Below, in pieces: positions 1 to 13,431 of a stretch of 64,000 bases of DNA. This DNA is from Mobula hypostoma. Lineage: Eukaryota. Numbering within the stretch: position 1 is the first letter of the stretch; every line of letters starts with the position of its first letter. The DNA is taken from assembly GCF_963921235.1 (NCBI RefSeq), contig NC_086108.1:109866001-109930000 (forward strand), given 5' to 3'. A model generated the notes under the pieces. That model was not told the origin of the DNA, did no database searches, and worked only from the letters and a program-made list of their open reading frames with translations. The translations under genes were made by a program, and so were the position numbers.

Positions 1-792
1 AGCTGTGGCTGGCAGCTCATCTAAGAGAAGGAAAACTCTGATCTCAAATCTCTGCTGCCTTGTTGCTCAACCCACCCATGGGGAAGGCTTCAGGAGTAAA
101 CCTCAAGGAAAAACCCTGAACTGGAGTCGCTAAGGCAGGCCTAAGTTGAGTTCAACGGTGACTGGTAACTCCTGTGATGCCACTGGTGTCAAACTGTATC
201 AGTCTCTGCCGTTCCTCTGGAGTCATCAGCTGCATGGAGAGAAGAAGCCTGGTGATGGGCAACAGCTTGCTCTCCATATCCTACTGCCTTGGCTTGCATA
301 TCATATAGATGGCTTGGGCGGAACATCCATGGTTATCACCCACCAACAGAGGTCCTCAAAGAAGTAACCAAAAGGGTAGGTGAGGCTAGGGAAATGGATG
401 TTGCATCCAAGCTCTCAAGGTCCTCCATGATAAGCTGGTCTGAAAGGTTAGGTCCCAAGGAATTCGGAGAGAGCTAGTTAGGCGGATTCAAAACTGCCTC
501 AGAGTTAGGAAGCAGAGGGTGGCCATAGTCAGTAGGGATTGTTGGTTATTTACACAGTATACTTGAATGTGAAGGCACAAAGGCTTAACCAACAAGTTTG
601 CAGATGACATGAAACGTGGAGGCGTTGTTGACAGTGAAGAAGGTGGTGTACAGGAGGATCTGGATCGGTTGGGGAAACGGGCCAAGGAGTAGTAAATGGA
701 TTTCACTCCAGGTAAATGTAAGATGATGCACTTTGTAAAGGCAAAGCATTGTAGGACTAGGGAGAGTAATAGAACAGAAGGATCTAGGAGTA

Positions 793-951
793 CAACACAC
801 ATAAAAGTTGCTGGTGAACACAGCAGGCCAGGCAGCATCTCTAGGAAGAGGTACAGACCTTCGAAGGGTCTCGGCCCAAAACGTCGACTGTACCTCTTCC
901 TAGAGATGCTTCCTGGCCTGCTGCGTTCACCAGCAACTTTGATGTGCGTTG
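793..951. repeat. 64-bp inverted repeat made of PLE termini
   Basis: Arms 793-856 and 888-951 are near-perfect reverse complements. Confidence 0.9.
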
Positions 952-1173
952 CTTGAAATTCCAGCATCTGCAGATTTCCTCATGTTTGCGTTAAGAAGCA
1001 CTTGGATAGGTACGTGGAGGGGTGAGCCTTGGAAGGATTGGGAAAATCTCAGGAAATTGAGACCAGCTAGGCAGGCACAGTGGTTAGCATGGCCTGTATT
1101 ATTCTTATGCCTGCAGCTGAGCCATATCCCTCCATTCCCCGTATATTCATGTGTCTATCTGACATCCTTTTTA

Positions 1174-1449
1174 GGACGGAATGGTAGCATAGTGGTACAG
1201 GTGACTCAGGTTCAATTCCCACCACTGCCTGTAAGGAGTTTGTATGTTCTCCCCCATGACCACATGGGTTTCCCCCGGGAGCTCCGATTTCCTTTCACTT
1301 TCCAAAGGCATACTGGTTAGTAGGTTGTTTGGTCAGTGTAAATTGTCCTGTGCTTAGACTGGGATTAAATCAGGATATTGCTGGGCAGTGCAGCTCGAAG
1401 GACAGGAGGGGCCTGTCCCTCACTGTATCTCCACAAATAAATAAATAAA
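1174..1449 (+). mobile_element. V-SINE (HE1-like); representative of more than 10 copies in the window
   Basis: tRNA-like head GGTTCAATTCCC, V domain TTCTCCCC..TGGGTTTCC..GCTCCG.TTTCC, CR1-like tail and (AAAT)n. Confidence 0.8.
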
Positions 1450-2279
1450 CACCACCACCAATATACCTGCCCCCACCACCACCACTGACAGCACATTCCC
1501 GATACCCACCACCCTGCATTATTAAAACGTCCCGCATATCTCCTTTAAACCTTCCCCTTCTTACCTTAGCCTTAGACATTGCTACTCTGGGGGGGGGGGG
1601 CAGGGAGGAATTCTGACTGTCTACACTATCTATGTCCCTCATAATTAGATAAAGTTCCATCAGGTCTCCTCACAGCCTCTGATGCTCCAGAGAAAGCAAG
1701 AGGGGTATAAAATCTCACCGACCTGGGCCCAGGGTTTGACAGACAAATGTAGCCCCCCTGGCCACCCTCAGGGTTGCTCGGCTCACTGTCGTCTAGGGAA
1801 ACAGCCCTCGGCCCTGGCGAACTGGGTAATTAGTTTGTGTGGATGCTGTGTGATGTACCCCACCCCACCCAAATAACAGACAATACACCAGATACCATTA
1901 AATGATTTACAGTTTATAGATATTACTGGAACTATATAATTAATAGAGAATAAAATATAAAAGGAAAATAAAAAGGCGCCATACTTATCAAAGTTCAATC
2001 TGTTCATGCACAAACAGTTGGAGCTCAGGACCCTTATTCTTCACCCTACGACCCCTCAGACCACCTCGACCGGCCACCTGGGACCAACAACAGTGGTCGA
2101 CCAGACGCTCCACACGAGTCCGTCTCCATCTCCCCTCCTCACGGGGTCCGACCCCCGTTAGCGGATTCACAGCACCTGGTCCATTCTCTGTCTCTCTCTC
2201 ATGCCTTCTCCCTCCAAAACCCCGCACACACAAATCTTCTAGATACACCAAAATCATAACAACTATCCCAATTGGTTCG

Positions 2280-2937
2280 CAAACAACAGGAATTCTGCAG
2301 ATGCTGGAAATTCAAGCAACATACATCAAAGTTGCTGGTGAACGCAGCAGGCCAAGCAGCATCTATAGGAAGAGGCGCAGTCGACGTTTCAGGCCGAGAC
2401 CCTTCGTCAGGACTAACTGAAGGAAGAGTGAGTAAGGGATTTGAAAGCTGGAGGGGGAGGGGGAGATCCAAAATGATAGGAGAAGACAGGAGGGGGAGGG
2501 ATAGAGCCGAGAGCTGGACAGGTGATAGGCAAAAGGGGATACGAGAGGATCATGGGACAGGAGGTCCGGGAAGAAAGACGGGGGGGGGTGACCCAGAGGA
2601 TGGGCAAGAGGTATATTCAGAGGGACAGAGGGAGAAAAAGGAGAGTGAGAGAAAGAATGTGTGCATAAAAATGAGTAACAGCTGGGGTACGAGGGGGAGG
2701 TGGGGCCTAGCGGAAGTTAGAGAAGTCAATGTTCATGCCATCAGGTTGGAGGCTACCCAGACGGAATATAAGGTGTTGTTCCTCCAACCTGAGTGTGGCT
2801 TCATCTTTACAGTAGAGGAGGCCGTGGATAGACATGTCAGAATGGGAATGGGATGTGGAATTAAAATGTGTGGCCACTGGGAGATCCTGCTTTCTCTGGC
2901 GGACAGAGCGTAGATGTTCAGCAAAGCGGTCTCCCAG
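2280..2937 (-). mobile_element. Penelope-like element, 3' fragment (GIY-YIG C-terminus plus terminal repeat with hammerhead)
   Basis: ORF LGDRFAEHLRSV...HFNS...LEEQHLIFRLGSLQPDGMN. 14-bp TSD TCCCAATTGGTTCG at 2266-79 and 2938-51. Confidence 0.85.
2379..2414 (-). ncRNA. Minimal type I hammerhead motif of a Penelope-like element, core intact
   Basis: AGUC CUGACGA A GGGU CUCG GCCU GAAAC GUC GACU, with a 4-bp stem I. Confidence 0.72.
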
Positions 2938-4304
2938 TCCCAATTGGTTCGTAACATCTTCTTATCACCGCCTAACCCAAAACAAGCTACTAGCGCAAAA
3001 ACTTTCTCAGTGTTTAACATAACAAAGAAGCATTCCCAAGTATAACATAACAAAGAAGCCATTTTAATTAGCCTACACAGTAAAAGACGAAACCCCTTTA
3101 CACAAATTGTACAACAAAGTCCAAAGACTTTGATTTGGAAATCCCTTCCCCAGCTCCAAACCATTTGGTACCATCTATTTAAGCTCTTAAAGCAGTAAGA
3201 ACTTCAGGGAAAGGCCCTCAGCCTGAAATATTAACTGTCCATTTGCCTCCACAGATGCAACATTTTGTCTTTTCCTGCTCTCCTCTCAACAGCACTCACT
3301 CCCCGCTAACGTCAATGAACACAAGAACGCACAGGCATATGGTACCATGAGATTCTTGGAACGCAAGAAATTACAGAGAGTTGTGGACATAGCCTGATCC
3401 ATCACGGAAACCAGCATCCCCTCCATGGACACTGCCCACTGCCTCAATACAGCAGGCAACAAAATCAAAGAGCAACACATACAAAATGCTGACGGAACTC
3501 AGCAGGTCAGGCAGCATCTGTGGAAATGAACAAACAGTCAACATTTTGGGCCGAGACCCTTCATCCAAACGGGAGAGGAAGGGGGAAGAAGCCAGAATAA
3601 AAAGTTGGGGTGAGGGAAAGGAGTACAAGACAGATGGTGACAGGCGAAGGCAGATGGGCTGGAGTGGCGGATGAAGTACACAGTTGGGAGGTGATAGGTG
3701 GAAAAGGCAAAGGGCTGGAGAAGATAGAAGAGAGTGGACCATGAGAAAAGGGAAGGAGGAGGAGACATGATAGGCAGATGAGGAGAAGTGGTGGGGGGGG
3801 TGCATATCGATGTTCATGCCATCAGGTTGGGGGCTATCTCGATGGAATATGCGTTGGGGATTGGAATTGAATTGGCTGGCCACCGGGAAATCCAGCTTTC
3901 CGTGTTAGGAGCAAAGGTACTTGACAAAGCAGTCCCCCACTCTACGTCAAGTCTCACCAATGTAGAGGAGGCCACGTGTGATCAGCCACACACCCACTCC
4001 AAACATTCTCTCTTCTACCACCTCCCACTGGACAGAAGATACAACAGACTGAAAACTTGTACCACCAGAATGGAGGACAGCATCTACTCTACTGTTATAC
4101 ATCTCTGGAACAGACCTCTTGTTCAATAAAGATAAACTCTTGATCTCTCATTCGGCTGCATCTTGTACCTCACACCTTACTTGTCTCCCTGCACTGCACT
4201 TTCTCTGTAACGGTAACACTGTATGGAGCCATGGCAGCATTGTGGTTAGCGCGGCACTGTTACAGCTTGGGGCGGCCGAGTTTTAAGTTCAATTCCAGCG
4301 TCCT

Positions 4305-4990
4305 GTTTGCAGATGATACGAGGGTAGGTGGAGAGACAGGTCGGTTTGAGGAAGTAGAGAGGCTACAGAAGGACGTAGACATACTAGGAGAATGGGCAAA
4401 GAAATGGCAGATAGAATACAATGTTGAGCAGTGTAGAAGAACTATTTTCCAAATGCAAAGAAAATACAAAAATCTGAGTTACAAAGGGACTTGGGAGTCC
4501 ATGTGCAGGATTCCCTAAAGGTTAATTTGTGGGTTGAGTTGGTGCTAAGGAAGGCAAATGCAATGTTAGCATTCATTTCAAGTGGACTAGAATATAAAAG
4601 CAAGGATGTAATGTTGAGGTTTTATAAAGCACTGGTGAGGCTTCAGTTGGAGTATTGTGAGCAGTTTTGGGACCCTTATCTCAGAAAGGATGTGCTGACA
4701 TTGGAGAGGGTTCAGAAGAGGTTCACAAAAATGATTCCGGAATTGAAAGGCCTGTCATTGAAGAACGTTTGATGGCTTTGGGTCTTTACTCACTGGAATT
4801 CAGAAGAATGAGGGATGACCTGTGATGGGAGAGTCTAGGACCAGAGGACATAGCCTCAGAATAGAGGGGTGTCCTTTTAGAATAGAGATGAGGAAGAATT
4901 TCTTTGGCCAGAGAGCGGTAAATCTGTGGAGTTCATTGCCTCAGGCATCTGTAGAGGCCAGGTCTTCAGAGAAATTTAAGGCAGAGGTTA
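4305..4990 (+). mobile_element. CR1 LINE fragment
   Basis: FADDT and KANAMLAFISSGLEYKSK remnants with frameshifts. Confidence 0.85.
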
Positions 4991-4994
4991 AACT

Positions 4995-6010
4995 GTAAAA
5001 CCATAAGATAAAGGAGCAGAAGTAGGCCATTCGGCAAATCGAGTCTGCTCCGCCATTCAGTCATGGGCTGATCCAATTCTTCCAGTCATCCACTCTTCCC
5101 TGTCTTCTCCCCATACCCTTTGATGTCCTGGCTAATAAAGAACCTATCTATCTCTGCCTTAAATGCACCCAATGACTTGGCCTCCACAGCCCCTCGTGGC
5201 AACAAATTCCACAGATTTACCACCCTCTGACTAAATTAATTTCTCCGCATCTCTGTTCTAAATGGACATCCTTCAATACTGAAGCCCTGCCCTCTTGTCC
5301 TGGACTCCCTACCATGGGAAATAACTTTGCCATATCTAATCTGTTCAGGCCTCTTAACAGTTGTAATGTTTCTATGAGATCCCCCCTCATTCTTCTGAAC
5401 TCCAGGGAATACAGCCCATGAGCTGCCAGACAATCCTCATACTGTAACCCTTCCATTCCTGGAATCATTCTCGTGAATCTTCTCTGAATCCTCTCCAATG
5501 TCAGTATATCCTTTCTAAAATTAGGAGCCCAAAACTGCACACAATACTTCAAGTGTGGTCTCACAGGTGCCTTATAGAGCCTCAACATCACATCCCTGCT
5601 CTTATATTCTGTACCTCTAGAAACGAATGCCAACATTGCATTCACCTTTTGCACCACGAACTCAACTTGGAGGTTAACCTTTAGGGTATCCTGCAGAAGG
5701 ACTCCCAAATCCCTTTGCATCTCTGCATTTTGAATTCTCTCCCCATCTAAATAATAGTCTGCCTGTTTATTTCTTCCACCAAAGTGCATGACCATACACT
5801 TTCCAACATTGTATTTCATTTGCCACTTCTTTGCCCATTCCCCTAAACTATCTAAGTCTCTCTGCAGGCTCTCTGTTTCCTCAACACTACCCGCTCCTCC
5901 ACCTATCTTTGTATCATTGGCAAATTTAGCCACAAATCCATTAATCCTATAGTCCAAATCACTGACATACATCGTAAAAAGCAGCGGTCCCAACACCGAC
6001 CCCCTGTGGA
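4995..6010 (-). mobile_element. CR1-clade LINE, ORF2 RT C-terminus and 3' UTR
   Basis: ORF 5217-6113 with GSVLGPLLF, KFAND, WQMKYNVGKC, RDLGV and LYK..VRPHL.YCVQFWAP. Confidence 0.92.
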
Positions 6011-6614
6011 ACTCTGCTGGTATCCAGTTGATAGATTCTTGATTGGTCAGGGCATAAAGTGATACGGAGAGAAGGCAGGAGACTGGGCCTGAGAGGGTAA
6101 ATGGATCAGCCATGATAAAGTGGTGAAGCAGACTCGATGGGCCAAATGGCCTAATTCTGCTGCGATATCTTATGGTCTCCTGTAGGGCATGACCACATGA
6201 GTTATCTCTGGGTCTTCCAGTTTCTTGCCACGTTCCAGGAAGTACTAGTTACCAAATCAATTGGTCATTGTAAATAGTCAGTCATAGTCATAGTCATACT
6301 TTATTGATCCCGGGGGAAATTGGTTAAATTGTAAACAGTCCTGTGACGAGGCTAGGGTTAAATAGGTGCATTTCTGGGCAGTGCAGCTTGTTGGGCCAGA
6401 AGGGCCTGTTCTTCAGTACCTCTCTAAATAAATAAAATAAAATATTCTGTCTTATATTACTGCCTTCATGTACTTAAGTATGGAATGACCTTTCTGCATG
6501 GCATACCAATAGAAGCTTTACACTGTATTTTGGTGCGCATGACAATAATGAACCAATTGGTATTCAATATTGAGGGAGTTAGATTCATATTCAGATTTAT
6601 TTATCACATGTTCT

Positions 6615-6921
6615 TTATAGGCATCCGTTAGTCTCATGAGTCCATGGATTTGCGCTTTGGAAGGTTTCCAGGGCACAGGCCTGGGCAAGGTTGTATGGAA
6701 GACCGGCAGTTGCCCATGCTGCAAGTCTCCCCTCTCCACGACACCGATGTTGTCCAAGGGAAGGGCATTAGGACCCATCCAGCTTGGCACCAGTGTCGTC
6801 ACAGAGCAATGTGTGGTTAAGTGCCTTGCTCAAGGACACAACACACTGCCTCAGCCAAGGCTCAAACTAGCGACCTTTGAATCACTAGACGAACGCCTTA
6901 ACCACTTGGCCACACACCAAC
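6615..6921 (-). mobile_element. Same tRNA-derived SINE family
   Basis: Reverse-complement copy of 52797-53109. Confidence 0.85.
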
Positions 6922-9900
6922 ACTGTCACATGTACATCGAAACATAGAACGAAACGTGTCACTTGTGTTAACAACTGACACATCCTATGATGCAGCCTGC
7001 AAGTGTCACCGCACATCCCAGTGCCAAATTATGCAATGATGTAAGTTATGTAACTAAAATTTCATAAAAGATTTCTGAAAACGCATAGAGTTTTTAATAT
7101 TTATTTACTATCAAATTATATATCTTCAACATAAAATATAAAGAATCTTGCAGGCATATTTCAGTGGACTGGAATGGCAGACTCTTCACTAAGTCTGAGA
7201 AGGTCTCATGAATATGGACCTATGTTCTATCCCATGGCTTAACTTGTCTCTCACAGCGTTCTCTTTTCTCTCCTGAAACTGAGAATGTGTTCATCCCTCG
7301 TCACCTCCTCTAACTGTTCTAAGCCTCAGAACCTCCTGTTCTCTGCTATAGTGCAGGGCCAGAAACTGCAAAACTCTGGGAAAATAAGCACACAAGTTAA
7401 TTCTGTATGCAAGTATTCCGTTATAAGTTCTAAATTCAAAGTAAATTTATTATCAAAGTACGTATAATACCGGACTCTGTGGTTCATATTACGATGAGTT
7501 TATAGTTTCTGGTTGCAGTTTTCTTGCGAGGTTGATTGGGGTGGTGCAGCTCTGCGGCCTGCGGTCAGCGAACAACACATCGCTTTGATTGGACTGAACT
7601 GAGTGAAGCTGCACATTCCTGGACAGTATCATTGACTCTATGGTTGGCGTTTTATATTTTGTGTTTTTCGCTTGATTTTTGCCATTTGCAATTTTTTGTT
7701 CTTTTTTTTGCACGTTGGCGGGTTTGGTGTTTCTCTTTCAATGGGTTTCATGGTTTTCTTTACTTCAGGGCTGTCTGTGGGAAATCGAATCTCAGGGTTG
7801 TATACTACATACATACTTTGATAATAAATGTACTTTGAATCTTTGAATGTTACCAAGTACTACCTGAGATTTTTTTTTCCCTGTGGGCATTTACAGGGGA
7901 AAAAAAAGGAATACAATAGAAGTTTACGAAAAACTATACCTAGACAAAGACTGACAAACAACAACATACACAGAAGACTGGAGGAACTCAGCAAATCAGG
8001 CAGACCTATGGAGGGCATTAAACAGTCAGCATATGGCCAATAATAATATAGCCTAAGTCCCCGAGTATCATGGCCTGTAGACTGATGGTGCATGAATGTT
8101 GTCCTGGAGCCAGGTTTCTATAAGAACAATTCTGCAGCAGGTCTTCACTCGGTGCTAGTGCAGCCACAGACAAATACAATGCAACTTGTCTTCCACCGAG
8201 CAAACTCCGGAGGGCAGCACCAGGAGGGTCCAGCAGCACACAACTGGCTCCAGAAGCCACTACAGGCGACACTGAGGCATGAATAAGGGCCTGGTCTGAG
8301 CAACAACTGAGGCAACACAGCTCGCCCACTGTTGGTTTCTCAGTGCATATGTGAATAATGAACCAATCCCAACATCTGCAATTATTGGGAAGTATTTTTT
8401 ATATTAACATTTACCTCCTGGGAAGAGGGGAGATATTTGGTTGATTATATCTGGATCCCTCCATTCAGGGCCCCAACAGTCCTCCCAGGTGAGGCAAGAC
8501 TTCACTTGCGAATCTTCCGGGGTCACTCACTGTATCTGGTGCTCCTGATAAGGTCTCCTCTATATTGGTGAGACCTGACGTAGGTTGAGTGACTGCTTTG
8601 TCGGACACCTCTGGTCCATCTGCAAAAAGTGGGATTCCCTAGCGACCAGACATTTTAATTCCAATCACCATTCCCATTCTGACATGTTGGTCCATGGTGA
8701 GGGAGCAGGTGTAACACTTCTGCCACTTGCAAGGAATAACTGCCAGGAGGGAGATTATTGTCTGCCTGCACTGCACTTTCTCTGCAACTGTAACACTATA
8801 CTCTAAATTTTGCTATAGATCTACCACAATGCACAGTGTAATATATTGATCAGTATGAAGAATCAAAGCTTTTCACTGTGATTTCAGCAACACACTCAAA
8901 ATGCTGGAGGAACTCAGAAGGCCAGGCAGCATCTATGGAGAGAAATAAACAGTTGATGTTTCAAACTGAAACCCGTCTCAGCCCAAAAGTGTGTGTTGCT
9001 CTGGATTTCCAGCATCTGCAGAATCTCTTGTGTTACTGCACCTTGCTACAAGTGACAAAACTAAGCCAACTCCAATTCCAAAAACCCTCCATCAGGAATA
9101 TGGCTTGTGGTTGGAATCTGCAATGTCCAGGTTGCAGCCTTTTCCATGCCATTCCTCTGGAATCCTGCCCAAATCAAAGTAGGAAAACCTGTGAAAGAGT
9201 TACAGAAATTAGGGGAATGTGACGCAAATCTTGAGCCAAAACCCACAGAATATCTGAGACTCAAGAGTTCAATTCACATTGGAATAATCCCCAGCCTTTG
9301 CATCCAAGCCAAGATGAACTTCCATGGGATTCTCCCCATCACTTCACCATGACACCAACAGGAACCTGGGAGAAAGGCCCCTGGGGAAGATAATGAAAGG
9401 TAGCTAGAAATACCAGGCCGAGATGGAGGAGGAAGCATTGCACAGAATGTGGTGAGGGTTATGGTACCAAGGCAGGAGCCTGTCATTAGGGTCACTAAGG
9501 GTTATCACGGTCCGAAAAGAAATCAAACATTAGAGAGCAATGGTTTAAAGTGAGAGAGGAAAGGTTTAAAGGGGACCTGAGGAGATACCTCTTCATGCAG
9601 AGGATGAAATGAGCTGCCAGAGAGGGTGGTTAAGGAAGACATGTATAAGGTACTTGGACTGGTGCGTAGTTAGGAAAGGTTCAGAGAGATACCGCCAAAA
9701 TGCAGTGCAGGCAAATAGGACGACCTCAGATGGGCATCTTGGTCAGAATAAACCAGTTGGGCCAAATGGCCTGTGTCCATGCTGTATGACTCTACGTCTC
9801 TCATAATGGGCTGAATGGTGTCATTCTCCTATGTCCTATGGTCTAAGTGAAAGGCCAGAGAAATGGTCAAGTCAGGCGGTACACTGAGCAGATCTTCAAT

Positions 9901-9925
9901 CTTATCGGGTGCTAGAGGTCACGAG

Positions 9926-10391
9926 CAATGTTCTCTTTAATTTGTAATGATCACGGCACAAAATTCCTGTGCTGTGCAATTTCTTTGCCCAGTGACAACA
10001 ACATGTGCACACTGGATGTTTAAGTGGAAGTAAACCTAAAGCTCTTCTAAGGATAATAAGCCATTCCATTTTAAATAAACTAGCTCTTCTTCTGTGCTTC
10101 ACACCTTTGCTTCTATGGAATTCGACATAGTGAATCAATAATTTCTTCAATAAAATATAATTAATATAAGTAAGCCAGTTCTAAAATCTGCAGACAAATC
10201 ATCACAAATTCCACATTGCCAACACAATCCGCATCAGAAACCGGAAAAGGAAATTCGATTGCATACGATCATGAAATATACTTAACATGCCAACAAGGTA
10301 GAGGGTGACAACCTTTTGTGTGCAGTTTAAATTCCTCCGTGTACTAACAGCAAAAGATTTTGTGCATGCACACACCTTAGAGGGAACATTG
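9926..10391. mobile_element. hAT-superfamily non-autonomous element (MITE), 466 bp
   Basis: TIRs CAATGTTCTCTTTAA and TTAGAGGGAACATTG (13/15 match). 8-bp TSD GTCACGAG / GTAACGAG. Confidence 0.8.
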
Positions 10392-11752
10392 GTAACGAGC
10401 AGTTCTGAAGATTGATTCTCCTTTCTTCTTATTATTCAAGGTCAAGTTCCGTTGATTGTCATTCAACCATACACATGTATACCCCCAAACAAAACAACGT
10501 TCCTCCGGACCAAGGTGCAGAACACAGGATATAAAACTCACACACAACACATAAAGTAATATTCATTCATTCATTCTTCATGAGCCGTATCATATGACAT
10601 AGGCAAACATGGTCTTTCCATGACCATGATAGTTCTTGGCAAATTTTTCTATAGAAGTGGTTTGCCATTGCCTTCTTCTGGGCAGTGTCTTATTAAAGTA
10701 ATAATATCACTAGTAAAGTAACAAATAATAAAATGCATTTGTGATGCATGTTAAAAAGTAAACAGTATAACACTACTGGCGCTTCATACATGATGAGACC
10801 CAGGAGGTGGCAAAGAGTTCAGTAGTTTCACGGCCTTGAGGGAAGAAGCGATTTCCCATTCTAACAGTCCTGGTCTTAATGCTACGGCACCTCCTGCCTC
10901 ATGGTAAGGGGTCAAAGAGATTGTTGGATGGATGGGTGGGATCCTCAACAATGCTAATGGTCCTGTGTATGCAACACTTCTGATAAATATCTCTGAAAGG
11001 TGGAAGAGAGACCCCAATGATCCTCTCAGCAGCCCTCACAATCCTTTATAGGGACTTGCGGTCAGATGCCTTACAGTTCCCATCGCTAAGTGTTGCAGCT
11101 GCTCAGGACACTCGGCAAAGTTTGGGGATTCACCATCTATTCACCGCCTCTTCTCATTACTACCAGCAAGGAGATTTCTGAACAGACCATAAACACGACC
11201 TCACTACTCATTTATACATATAATTGCAACTTGTATTACTTCTGACGTGCTGCACCGTACCGAGATTTCACAACATATGTCTCAGTTTCACAACATGCAG
11301 TAGGTCAGTGATAATAAACCTGATTCTCATTCTGTTGGTTTAGACCTCTTGCTTCCCAGACTGTGAGGGAGCCTCCAAAACAAGCCGATACTGCCTGGGC
11401 ATATGCTGACCTCCATAGGAATAAAGGATATTGGAGCAAAATTAGACCATTCGGCCCATCAAGTCTGCCCCATCATTCAATAAGGGCTGATTTTTTCAAC
11501 CCCATTCTCTAAAGATAACATGCACACACAAAATGCCGGAGGAACTCAGCAGGTTGATCAGCACCTATGGAGAGCAATGAAGAGATGATGTTTCAGACCA
11601 AGACCCTTCATCAAGACTAAAGGTAATACTGAGAGGATCTTTTAGCAAATAGGGGCAGCAGTGACATAAGGGTATATAGGTCGATCGTAACTTATTGCAC
11701 GACTGATGTTTATTTAAGCAACATTGCGGTGATAACACACAGGGAAACTTAC

Positions 11753-11921
11753 TGAATCGCTCTAAGTTGAACTTCCTTTCCAATCCATAGTCTCCGACCT
11801 TCTTCTCTGCCAGGCCCCCATTCTCGGAGTCGGAGGAGCAGCTGCTATTGCCGCTGGAGCTGCTCTCATCCTTGTGCTTTCGTGAGGTGGGCTCTATGGT
11901 CTCAGGCATTGAGAACAGTGG
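11753..11921 (-). CDS. TTLL7: TTLL7 internal exon (169 bp): PLFSMPETIEPTSRKHKDESSSSGNSSCSSDSENGGLAEKKVGDYGLERKFNLERF
   Basis: PL.SMPE start followed by a Ser-rich tract, as in TTLL7. Acceptor ctctgcag, donor A|gtaagt (phase 1). The 3' part is divergent, so the donor is less certain. Confidence 0.85.
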
Positions 11922-13026
11922 CTGCAGAGCACACAAGAACAATGGTCAGCCATTGCCTACAGAGCCCGCCATCTTCTCCTCGGTCTGGGATCAGAGTAAC
12001 GCATTGGTTAGCACAACACTATTACAGCTTCGGGCATCGGTGTTCGGAGTTGAATCGTGGAGTCTCCCGGAAGTTTGCAATCCTCCCTGCGGAAGGTATG
12101 GGTTTCCCCCAGGTGCTCCAGTTTCCTCCACAGTCCAGAGACGTTTCGGTTACTGAATATTTGATGATACAGTGCAAAGTTGGCCCTTTCCAGCCAAGCT
12201 GCCCCATCAAACCCACAACCCACACCTAATCACAGAACAATGTACCCGGCATTGCCTTCGGACTGTGGGAGACGGAGAAAACCCACACCTTCAGCAGGGA
12301 GGACATACAGAGAATCCTTACAGAACGCCGCTGGAATTGAACCACGAACTCCAATGCCCCGAGCTGCAACAGCATCGCGCTAACCACTACACTACCGTGG
12401 CAGCCTGCAGGTTAATTGGTCATTGTAAATTGTCCCATGATTACAAAGCTGAGGAGACCTGTTTGTCGGGGTTGACCATGGAAGTCTTGTAATTAGGCCG
12501 GGGCTAAACAAGGGCTGCTAGCAGCATGGCTTGAAGAGCCAATAGGGCCTATCCCGCACCGTACCCTGAAATAAATAAATAGACAAAGAGCCTCTCCAAA
12601 AACACCTGAACCTTATTTGTCTACCTACACTATCTCCTTTTCAGATTCAGATTCAGATTCACTTATTTATTACACGTACATCAAAACATACAGGGAAATG
12701 CATCATTTGCATTAACAACCAACACAACCCAAGGATGTGCTGGAGGCAGACTGCAAGTGAGGCCCACAATGAGGCCCACAATGTTCAGCCGAACAGCAAA
12801 GAACACAACAAGCAACAAAACAACAGAAAAACAATCTCTGTTCTTCCCTGAGCCGTACACATACACGGTCCTCAAACCCCGGAAACTAAACCTCAACCTC
12901 TGGTCTTGCCAACTCATGTACCGAGGGGGCCCTCCTGATCCTCACTGGTCTGCCCACCAGACACCTGGCCACGTCCACGTCACTGGCCTTCAAACATGAG
13001 GTGGATGCTTAGACTCCGGCCTTTAC

Positions 13027-13430
13027 TCTAATTCCCTCAACCCAAAACACTAATCTAACTCCTCACATCCCTGTCCCTAAACCCTAATCTGACTTCTAAC
13101 TCCCACATCCCCGTTCCCAAACACTAATCAGACCTTTCATTCCTCACATCCCGTCCCTAAACACTAATATGATCTCTAACTCCTCCACATCCCTGTCCCT
13201 AAACCCAAATCTGACCTCTGAATCTACGATATCCCTGTCCCTAAACCCAAATCTAATCTCTAACTCCCCCCACATCCCTGTCCCTAAACACTAATCTGAC
13301 CTCTAATTCTTCCCCATCCCTGTCCCTAAACCCAAATCTGACCTCTCATTCCTCACATCCCCGTCCCTAAACCTTAATCTGACATCTAACTCCTCACATC
13401 CCTGTCCCTAAATCCTAATATGACCTCAAA
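13027..13430. repeat. Minisatellite, about 41-bp unit CTAACTCCTCACATCCCTGTCCCTAAACCCTAATCTGACCT; resumes at about 15325-15485
   Basis: About 10 units here and about 4 more after the CR1 insertions. Confidence 0.9.
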
Positions 13431-13431
13431 C

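Larger units (their letters stand above)
1748..3102. mobile_element. Solo LTR (Gypsy-like), interrupted by a Penelope-like fragment
   Basis: TGTA...TACA termini and a 4-bp TSD CAAA at 1744-47 and 3103-06. Confidence 0.75.

Noticed and set aside
8018..9500. ORFs and a possible acceptor near 9189 as the next TTLL7 exon
   Set aside because: None of the frames I translated resembles TTLL7, and there is no convincing splice-site pair.
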